Positions 9,345 to 17,144 of a DNA stretch of 64,000 bases are shown here, piece by piece; the first letter of the stretch is position 1, and every line of letters begins with the position of its first letter. The stretch lies in NCBI GenBank assembly GCA_902540655.1, contig CACBNQ010000003.1, forward strand, positions 8,599 to 72,598. Reading direction: 5' to 3'. The position numbers were made by a program, and so were the translations under genes. Below the pieces are notes generated by a model. It did no database searches. It worked only from the letters and a program-made list of their open reading frames with translations, and was not told where the DNA came from. Source of the DNA: an uncultured Alphaproteobacteria bacterium. GTDB taxonomy: Bacteria > Pseudomonadota > Alphaproteobacteria > Rhodobacterales > Rhodobacteraceae.

Positions 9345-10640
9345 TTATCTTTTTTTAAATCTATGCATTATTTTAACGTCATCTATCAAAATTCTTTTTG
9401 GAAACATGTGCGGTTGAAGCTTTTTTGATAAAAAACTTTTAAAATCCTTCATATCGAATGCACTTAAATCATTGGGTTGAATTATTAGTTCTACATGCTG
9501 CCCTGAAATCGGATTGCTTTTTGGCATTACTTTTACGAATTTAATGTTGTCGTAATCTAATGCAGTGTGTTCGATTTTAGAAGACATAAATTTTAATCCA
9601 CCTACATTTATAATTTCATTTGTCCGCCCAACAATTTTAATGTACTCGCCTTCGCTTTCAACAACGTCACCCGTATTGTACCAACCATTGTCATAGAATG
9701 GATCTTTTGAATTTAAATAACCGAGCATTCTATTTTTAGAAAAAATTTCAAGAACATTTTTTTTTACCCTTATTTTTATCCCTTCCCCACCAATTTTCAT
9801 AAATAAGCTATCCCTCTTCTTTGATTTTACTCTCAGAATTCCAAGCTCCGACATTCCATAAGTTTGCCTAAAATCAATATTGGGAAGTAGTTCACAGAGG
9901 CTCTTAAGGGTTTGAGCCTCCATTCTTTCAGTGCCATAAGTGATAATTTTTAGAGCTTTTGGAATTTTCCTTGGTATGAAACCACTGAGAAGTAGCAATC
10001 TTAAAAATGTTGGAGTTGTAGGCAATACCTCTACATTGTATTTTTCACAACTATCCAAAATTTGCTCTAATGATCTATCTTTTGGTGATATTATTTCACC
10101 ACAATTGAAAAGATTGTGAAAGAGAGTATTAATACCACCGATGTGATCGAATAACAAAAAGCTAATTGTTTTAAGCTTCACTCTTGGAGTTCGATACCTT
10201 ACAAGAAAACTTGAAAAATCGTGCAATATTGCTTTTGGATCACCGGTAGTTCCAGTGGTGAATAGAACCAACCCAGGGTGATTAATTTCTCTTATTTTTT
10301 GCAAAAGTTTATTGGAGCTATCGTGTGACCTCTCAGAGAGCACTCCATTTTCAATTATAAAATCAACATGAGCCGCTTCAAAAAAGTATTCATGTTGTTC
10401 TTTTGTATCCTTGGTCAGAGGAACGATTATTGTATTTAGATCAATTAAAGTAAGTAAAACAGATATAGTTTCAGCATCAAAATCACCAATTACTGCAACA
10501 ACTGAACCTGATGGAATCTGCAAAATCTGCTTGTTAAGGTTTCCTAATACATCATTAAAACTTAAATTACCGTTAGGATGAATCAAAAAAGGTCTGTCAA
10601 TATCGCGCCACTTATTAGTCAATTCAGTTACAATAGACAT
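9345..10640 (-). CDS. Adenylate-forming (AMP-binding) enzyme, DltA/acyl-carrier-protein ligase-like
   Basis: ANL superfamily motifs FTTGTTGDPK, TYGMSE, YNTGD and NVGGLK. Short (about 431 aa). ATG 10640 overlaps the SDR stop by 1 nt (TGATG). Confidence 0.85.
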   Translation of the reverse strand: MSIVTELTNKWRDIDRPFLIHPNGNLSFNDVLGNLNKQILQIPSGSVVAVIGDFDAETISVLLTLIDLNTIIVPLTKDTKEQHEYFFEAAHVDFIIENGVLSERSHDSSNKLLQKIREINHPGLVLFTTGTTGDPKAILHDFSSFLVRYRTPRVKLKTISFLLFDHIGGINTLFHNLFNCGEIISPKDRSLEQILDSCEKYNVEVLPTTPTFLRLLLLSGFIPRKIPKALKIITYGTERMEAQTLKSLCELLPNIDFRQTYGMSELGILRVKSKKRDSLFMKIGGEGIKIRVKKNVLEIFSKNRMLGYLNSKDPFYDNGWYNTGDVVESEGEYIKIVGRTNEIINVGGLKFMSSKIEHTALDYDNIKFVKVMPKSNPISGQHVELIIQPNDLSAFDMKDFKSFLSKKLQPHMFPKRILIDDVKIMHRFKKR

Positions 10641-11317
10641 CAAACTCCACCGATATTTAAAATTTGACCACTTAAAGAGCTACTTTTTTTATCCAACAAC
10701 AAGTCTACCAAATCACATACATCATCCAAATCAAATTGCCTATTTAAAATTTGCCTTTGTATTATTTCTGATATTTGCTTATCTGTAATCCCCTTTATGA
10801 GGTCTGTATTTATTGGGCCAGGCGCAATGCAATTCACTCTTATATTAAAATCTGCCATCTCTCTTGAAAATGCTCTTGTAAAACCCTCAACACCTGCTTT
10901 GGAGGCAACATAAATTGCTTCGCCTTTAAGAGCAAGAGGGACTGCAATTGTAGAGAAGTTAATTATTGACCCTTTTTTCTTTCTCATCATTAAAGGCGCA
11001 AAAAGCTGGCAACAATTAATAGTACCAACCAAATTGGTATTTATAATTTTAGAGGTAGCTGTAGGAGGAGAAGTGACTAAGAGATTCATTGAAGCTATCC
11101 CCGCAGCATTAATTAAAACATCAACATCTCTCTTATTTTTCTTTATTAATTTGACAACCTTTCTAACGTCCTGATAGTCACTCACATCACATGAGTGACC
11201 ATCGAAATCTGAACAACCAAAATTTCTAGACAAACCAAAAATTTCATGTCCTTGTTCCAACAATCTTAAGGATATTGCTCTTCCTATACCTTTTGAAGCA
11301 CCTGTTATAATAATCAT
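10640..11317 (-). CDS. Short-chain dehydrogenase/reductase (FabG-like)
   Basis: IIITGASKGIGRAIS (TGxxxGxG), NAAG and YVASKAGVEGF (YxxxK). ATGA overlap with the carrier-protein gene (11314-11317). Confidence 0.9.
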   Translation of the reverse strand: MIIITGASKGIGRAISLRLLEQGHEIFGLSRNFGCSDFDGHSCDVSDYQDVRKVVKLIKKNKRDVDVLINAAGIASMNLLVTSPPTATSKIINTNLVGTINCCQLFAPLMMRKKKGSIINFSTIAVPLALKGEAIYVASKAGVEGFTRAFSREMADFNIRVNCIAPGPINTDLIKGITDKQISEIIQRQILNRQFDLDDVCDLVDLLLDKKSSSLSGQILNIGGV

Positions 11318-11604
11318 TTTTGGTTAATATATTGATTAAGGATCTCATTAGACAAGCTTTCTACTGAAATAAACATACTTCTTGACTTAGACATTGCAGA
11401 CTCTGATTGCCAATCAAATTCAATATTTTTTTCAAAAAGTTTATCTTCCAATGCTAAACAAAGCTCTACCAATTTCATAGAGTCTATCACTCCATTTTCA
11501 CCTAATAAGTTAGTTTGCTCGCTGAAAACCACTTGTTGGTCTTCATGCTCAAATATTTCTTCCAGAGAAGAAATAACCAAATTTATAATTTCTGTTTTTT
11601 CCAA
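11314..11604 (-). CDS. Acyl/aminoacyl carrier protein (DltC/ACP-like)
   Basis: 96 aa, acidic, with a GVIDSMKLVEL phosphopantetheine-attachment-type DSx motif. Lies between a ligase/SDR pair and an MBOAT pair. Confidence 0.75.
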   Translation of the reverse strand: MEKTEIINLVISSLEEIFEHEDQQVVFSEQTNLLGENGVIDSMKLVELCLALEDKLFEKNIEFDWQSESAMSKSRSMFISVESLSNEILNQYINQK

Positions 11605-11617
11605 AACCCAAACTCCC

Positions 11618-12490
11618 TCAATTTATACAATCTTGTATTTTGATTGAAATGTTATTCGATAATTTTTTAACGCTATCCTCTAAAAAATGAACCCCATCAT
11701 AGTAGTTAAGTTTAGACGAATAATCTGAAAAATCTATAATGCAGATTTTTTGAGACTCAAAAGAATGTATCATTTCTTTAAACCTATGGTAATTTTCTAA
11801 GCCCCAATGCTCTATTCTTCTTTTATAAAAGGGAGGAATTACAATCATAACATTATTTGATTTCATTTCTGCGCTCGAAAAAGTGGCTTTAAAAGCATCA
11901 ATATTTAATTGTTCAGGGAAATCTTTGAAAACTTTTTTTTCTTCCCAATTATCAAATTTATTTTCTGACCGTACCCTTGCCACCCCATTTTCATTAGCGT
12001 AAAGTTTACAGATAGTTATAACTTGACAGAAAAGATTTTTAAAAAAACTAAAATGAAAAGTCATTAATATTCGCTCTTGATAGGTTAAGCTTTTCCAATC
12101 TTTTACTATCGGTACCGCTGGCCTTCCGAGGTAGGGCTCAGCAATGAAAACAGCATTATTTATACTATCTAATTGACCAAGAAGTATATTTATGTCTACT
12201 AATTTACTCCCTGCGATAGAAGCATTATAGAAAATATTTCCGTTCTTATCTTGAAGTTCAATAGGTTCAGCCATACTTGCTCCGAAAACTAAATTTTTAT
12301 TTTCGTTTTGGGCTTTGAAAATTATGTATGGCTTAAAGAATTGGTCATCAAAAAAAATGTTTAAATGAAGGTATTTTTTTGACATTGCGTAATCGAATAG
12401 CATTAAAATAAAGAACGCTAAGCATGGGACTAACATCGCCCTCAATAAAAGTCGGCACATATTAAGAAAACCTAACCAATTAAAAGTCAT
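11618..12490 (-). CDS. Membrane-anchored SGNH/DltD-AlgJ-like O-acyltransferase partner protein
   Basis: N-terminal TM segment (LLLRAMLVPCLAFFILMLF). FGASM (block I Ser-like) and DGVHF (block V Asp..His-like). Overlaps the MBOAT gene by 11 nt. Confidence 0.55.
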   Translation of the reverse strand: MTFNWLGFLNMCRLLLRAMLVPCLAFFILMLFDYAMSKKYLHLNIFFDDQFFKPYIIFKAQNENKNLVFGASMAEPIELQDKNGNIFYNASIAGSKLVDINILLGQLDSINNAVFIAEPYLGRPAVPIVKDWKSLTYQERILMTFHFSFFKNLFCQVITICKLYANENGVARVRSENKFDNWEEKKVFKDFPEQLNIDAFKATFSSAEMKSNNVMIVIPPFYKRRIEHWGLENYHRFKEMIHSFESQKICIIDFSDYSSKLNYYDGVHFLEDSVKKLSNNISIKIQDCIN

Positions 12491-13793
12491 TATAAATAAA
12501 ACCTTTCTGAGAAGATGTTATATAAAAGGTGATGAAGACAAATACTAAAGTTGAAAACAAAATAGTTGAATTAGAAACGTAATTCTTTATCGAGGACTTT
12601 AATCCAGCTGGAAAAAAAAGTATAACTATCCCTAGAAAAAGAAAAAGTGTGGTTTCTACTACTTTTTCTCCATCAAAATAAATATTAAGTGTTTCTATTC
12701 CTAAAAAGTTTAGCTCCCTTCCAATGGAATACATTGAAAAAATTAAGTCCTTTGCACCTTCAATACTATGAGTGCCAAAAAAAGCCATCGTATGCAGTAT
12801 AAAAAATAGGGTTAAGAAATTTGAAACTAAGAAGTTCAACTTAATTTTCTCCTTAAAGAGATTTTGAACAAATAACCCAATCCCATTTAAAGCGCCCCAA
12901 ATAACGTAATTCAAAGTGAATCCATGCCAAAACCCACTCAACACCATAGTAGATATAGAGGAAATAAAATATGCAAACAGTATATTATTCTTAGTTAGAA
13001 ATTTGAAGATAGTAGAGGATACCACTACTATAAAAAATCGTGATACAGTAATGTGCCACCGCAACCAATAATCTGAAAGAGAGCGGGATAAAAATGGTGA
13101 ATTAAAGTTCTCGGGCAAAGTTATTCCAATCCAACGAGAACCTCCAATTATTATGTCGCAAATGCCACTGAAATTAAAATATAAATAAATCCAAAATGCT
13201 GTTACATAAGACCAAGCTTCAAGTACACTGAAGTTTGAAATATCTTTTTGCTCAACAGGTAAATAAAATTGACCTATATATTCGGCAAAAACAAATATTT
13301 TTATTGTTCCAGAAATTATTCGGAATAAGCACTTAGATTGAATATTATAATCTTTGGAAATATTCTTAAATTTTATAAAATCTAAGTATCGGTATACGGG
13401 TCCTGAAGAAAAAACAGGGAAATAAATAGAAAAGGTAAAATAATCTTTTAGTGACATTTTTTCAGGCTTTCGAGAAATCAAAAAGAAAATCTGAATAAAA
13501 AATACATAGCTTAAACCAAGAAATGGCTCATAAAATATTCTTATGGAAAGTAGATAGAGAATGTTGAATAGAAAAAAAATTTGGTTTTTATTTTCTAATT
13601 TTAGGCGGTAGAGAATAAAGTAATTTATAGCTATGTATATTATGATAATGAAAACATCAAATTTTACAAAAATGGTTATGAATGCGAAGCTGAAAAATAA
13701 AAGAAAGTAATTCAGTTGAGTGTCTTTAATGTTCAAACTGTTAAACATCAAGATTGTAAGAAAAATGAATAATAAAAATACTTCAAAAAACAT
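12480..13793 (-). CDS. MBOAT family membrane-bound O-acyltransferase (DltB/AlgI-like)
   Basis: Polytopic, 437 aa. SDYWLRWHITVSRFF and SGFWHGFTLNYVIWG contain the conserved MBOAT His residues. Confidence 0.85.
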   Translation of the reverse strand: MFFEVFLLFIFLTILMFNSLNIKDTQLNYFLLFFSFAFITIFVKFDVFIIIIYIAINYFILYRLKLENKNQIFFLFNILYLLSIRIFYEPFLGLSYVFFIQIFFLISRKPEKMSLKDYFTFSIYFPVFSSGPVYRYLDFIKFKNISKDYNIQSKCLFRIISGTIKIFVFAEYIGQFYLPVEQKDISNFSVLEAWSYVTAFWIYLYFNFSGICDIIIGGSRWIGITLPENFNSPFLSRSLSDYWLRWHITVSRFFIVVVSSTIFKFLTKNNILFAYFISSISTMVLSGFWHGFTLNYVIWGALNGIGLFVQNLFKEKIKLNFLVSNFLTLFFILHTMAFFGTHSIEGAKDLIFSMYSIGRELNFLGIETLNIYFDGEKVVETTLFLFLGIVILFFPAGLKSSIKNYVSNSTILFSTLVFVFITFYITSSQKGFIYNDF

Positions 13794-14299
13794 CGTTTAA
13801 CTCCGTTATAACGCAATCTCAGATTAGAAGATGTTTTCTAATTGCATTTACAAACAAAGCCACACTACGCTTTAAGAAATCGATATGCAAGATTATTTGA
13901 AAAATTTGGTTATATATTTTTTTTACTAATTAAAGTTAAATAATATTAGTTCGATGGCGACAATTTCTTATATATGAATGAGCTGCTCTGACAAAAAATA
14001 AAAACCAGGCATACACAAACTCCATAAGTTAGCTGATTAAACTTGAACAATAAAAGCAGATTCTTGCTCTACCTTATCCTGGGGAAACAGTACATCTAAC
14101 CCCGAAGATCTTATGGAGCTAATTATATTAATTTTTTGCTTTTACAATTGCTAAAAAAAAGAAATAGCTTTGGTAAAATACAAGCAAAGTAACCGTAGGC
14201 TGACAAGAAGCCTTAATAGATATTTTCATCAATTACTAAAAAGTTTAAATAAATGATTTTTAACTGAAATTTTTCTTCATCTAATCTTCTTTTATTAAT

Positions 14300-14821
14300 T
14301 CAAGTCCTGAGCCATACCCATAGATAAACTCTTAATGAGAAAATCTCAGACAAAAAAGGGTAATAGACATGTGGCCTTTTTTCTAGGTTTTCGATGTAGC
14401 CTCTAGATAAATTGTTTTCTTTCGCTGCATTAATTAAAATTTTTAAATATCGTTTTGATGGAGGAATATCTTTTGTTTCTTCAGTTTTATAAATCAACGT
14501 GTATGCTGTTTCCCTTTTACCATCTTTATAAACTGATAATTTTTCTAGCTGATAATCCTCCCCTTCTGTATTAACAATTTTCTGCAAATCTTTGTCATTA
14601 ATTTTATGTATTACACCCTCAACTGTGGAACCATTGGAAGGCCTGATATTTGCAAAAGAAGGTTCTAAAAAATTTGGTCCACCCATATTCATTATCAATT
14701 CGTAATCTTTTAAAACCCCAACTTTGCTCTCGTGGGGAATAATTTTTCTTCTTTTTATTAGATATTGAGTTGACATATTTGACCCATATCCAAAATAAAG
14801 AATAGTATTTGCTCTAACCAT
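14300..14821 (-). CDS. Gamma-glutamylcyclotransferase (AIG2/GGCT-like) family protein
   Basis: N-terminal LYFGYGSNMS motif and a length typical of the GGCT fold. Confidence 0.7.
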   Translation of the reverse strand: MVRANTILYFGYGSNMSTQYLIKRRKIIPHESKVGVLKDYELIMNMGGPNFLEPSFANIRPSNGSTVEGVIHKINDKDLQKIVNTEGEDYQLEKLSVYKDGKRETAYTLIYKTEETKDIPPSKRYLKILINAAKENNLSRGYIENLEKRPHVYYPFLSEIFSLRVYLWVWLRT

Positions 14822-15213
14822 TACTAAATATTCTCAAAAATTATTTGTAAGCTCACGAGAGTCTTAGCCTTATTAGCGTTTATGTTAATTCTGTATTGTC
14901 GATAATTGCAAATCCTAAGATAGATCAATCTATTACTTTGGTCATTAAAATAAAAAAATCATATTACTTGCAATAGGGGTAAACTCTTTAGAATAGTATG
15001 GAAAGTCTATATGCTAGTAACTCTCTTTAGAATTATTTGTTTATCTTTAGCCCTTTTTTTTGTGCTAGATATATTTTTCTTTTCTGGGTCTAAAGTTTTT
15101 GTTGAGACCGGATTTGGAAAGCAATTATGATTTTTTACCTTGTGGTCGCTGATATCGAATTTTGTTGCTTTGATCTTTTTAACTCTATCTTCTAGTTTTA
15201 AAATATTCGATAG

Positions 15214-15640
15214 AGCGGCACCATTCATTTCTATATCGGCTTTGATGGGCTTCTTTACAATTATACTATATTGGGACTGTTTTTTATTGACCCAACTTTG
15301 GTAAATTATGCAGGAGAAAGACTAGACTTTTCCCGTGACATTTATTTGCATTTTACTGGACTAGCGCTTTTATTTGTTGATGCATTTGTTTTAAAAAGAA
15401 CATTTACTGATTTCTATAGAATTACAATATTTTCTTTTTTCATAAACTTTGGATAATTTGGATGGTTAGAATTTTTTGTTCAACCGAACAGTGATTTTCC
15501 TGTTGGTAAAATAATTGGCGGCCTACCCCTTTATGAATGATATGCCTTTTGAGTATCGATTAATTTTTATGGTGTTGTGTTTTTTATTTGGAGCGTTGTT
15601 TATATGGGTTTTAACAAAAGTTCAAAAGATATTTAGATAG
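15214..15640 (+). pseudogene. Probable frameshifted remnant of a small polytopic membrane protein
   Basis: Three consecutive hydrophobic reading-frame pieces in different frames: ...LGLFFIDPTLVNYAGERLDFSRDIYLHFTGLALLFVDAFVLKR...INFG*; FGWLEFFVQPNSDFPVGKIIGGLPLYE*; MPFEYRLIFMVLCFLFGALFIWVLTKVQKIFR*. The first piece has no ATG. Lies in an otherwise unexplained 530-nt gap. Confidence 0.4.
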
Positions 15641-15759
15641 AATTTTATATGGTATTAAAATTTAATTAACTGGTGTTTTTAGTTTGCAAAAAATTAAGTA
15701 ACTGGCATCGTTTAAATCTTGTTTATAGATTAAACTTAATTTTTATAGAAAATCCTGGC

Positions 15760-17043
15760 CTACACTGTTAATTTATGGAGTGTTATTTTTTTATCTCTTC
15801 CCCGAACCTCAAAATTCTTTACTTCTTCTGTAGGTAAGTTTTCACTGAGTCGCAATTTAACTTCGTCAGAAATTAAAACATCGGATTTCACCTCTTTACA
15901 CGCCTCACAAATTCTACTGGCTACGTTAACGGTATCTCCAATGACTGTGAATTCTACACGGTCTTCACTTCCGACGTTTCCAACGAAGCAAGAACCATAA
16001 TGAACACCAACGCGATGTCTGATAGCGGGCAAATCATTTTCAGACCGTTCTTTCTCCCATTCTCGCATTGAGATTTGCATCTGTCTTATACAATTTAAAG
16101 CGTTTTGAGCATCATTCCCTCTAGAAACAGGTGTACCAAACGTCGCCATGACGCTATCACCAATAAATTTATCAACGGATCCTCCATTTTGGAAAACTGC
16201 AGCAACCATTTTTGTTTGGTACTCCGAAAGTAAATTAAGTACCTCCTTAGGTTCCAAGCCCTCAGATAGCTTAGTAAAATCAGAAATATCAGTAAACATT
16301 ACGGCTATGTTTTGCTCTTTTTCAGAATTTTGATTGAAATCAAGCTTATTTTTTTCAATCTCATCTCTTACTTCAGGTGAAAAATATCTTCCTAGCAGAT
16401 TATTAGATCTTTCTTGAAGAGTTGCTTCTCTAAGATTGCTTTCAATAACCCATGCTAGGGTAACCAATCCAACAGCCACTACAATTAAATAAGTAATATT
16501 TTGACCGAATATCCCTCCATTTATTGCATTAATATTTGTTGCTATCTCATTGTAATTAAACGAAAAAAATACCTCTCCTCGATTGTATGTACTGAATGCT
16601 TGGAGAAGCGCAATGGCAAAGTTGTATACAATAAAAAATATAGATAAATAGAACCTAGCAAATAAAATAGATACAACCATAGGTCCGGCAGCCCCCACAA
16701 AAGCATAATCCATCAATCTTGCTCCAAAAAGTTCATTTGCACCTACCATTGAAAACTCATAATTTATGACTGCACCAAAAAGTAAGGGGAAAGCTATCTG
16801 CATAGCCACAGCAAAGAAAAGACAAATATTATAATTCTCGTCCTTAATAAGTGTAGCTATAGCACCAAAGGTAATAAAACCAGTTACCATGATAACAGTA
16901 GATAATTGCTTTACGAGCAAAGTTTCGAGTCCAGGAACAAAAGTAATATTAAGAAAACCAATAAGGTATAAACCAAACAAGGTTATTGAGGCTAACCTAA
17001 GGCCTTTTACATATCGCTTGTTTATAAAAAGCTCGTTTTCCAT
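15760..17043 (-). CDS. Membrane-anchored class III adenylate/guanylate cyclase
   Basis: About 6 N-terminal TM helices. Catalytic domain motifs VMFTDISDFTKL, FIGDSVMATFG, RVGVHYGSCFVGNVG and VIGDTVNVASR. Confidence 0.9.
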   Translation of the reverse strand: MENELFINKRYVKGLRLASITLFGLYLIGFLNITFVPGLETLLVKQLSTVIMVTGFITFGAIATLIKDENYNICLFFAVAMQIAFPLLFGAVINYEFSMVGANELFGARLMDYAFVGAAGPMVVSILFARFYLSIFFIVYNFAIALLQAFSTYNRGEVFFSFNYNEIATNINAINGGIFGQNITYLIVVAVGLVTLAWVIESNLREATLQERSNNLLGRYFSPEVRDEIEKNKLDFNQNSEKEQNIAVMFTDISDFTKLSEGLEPKEVLNLLSEYQTKMVAAVFQNGGSVDKFIGDSVMATFGTPVSRGNDAQNALNCIRQMQISMREWEKERSENDLPAIRHRVGVHYGSCFVGNVGSEDRVEFTVIGDTVNVASRICEACKEVKSDVLISDEVKLRLSENLPTEEVKNFEVRGRDKKITLHKLTV

Positions 17044-17144
17044 CTTTACTAAATAAGTTTATAATATGGACCATGTTCTTATAAATACGGACACTAAGCA
17101 AGTGTTGAGTGCAAACAATTACACAAAAAAGAGTTTAAGTGGAA

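Noticed and set aside
8903-14299. Low-GC Dlt-like block as a classical mobile genomic island
   Set aside because: I saw no integrase, transposase, tRNA/tmRNA attachment site or flanking direct repeats by eye. Only the compositional deviation and the long spacers are reported.
15007-15228. 73-aa Lys-rich ORF between the GGCT gene and the pseudogene
   Set aside because: It has no motif and low-complexity basic composition. It sits in a decaying region and overlaps the first pseudogene fragment. It could be a real small protein, but nothing in the sequence supports that.
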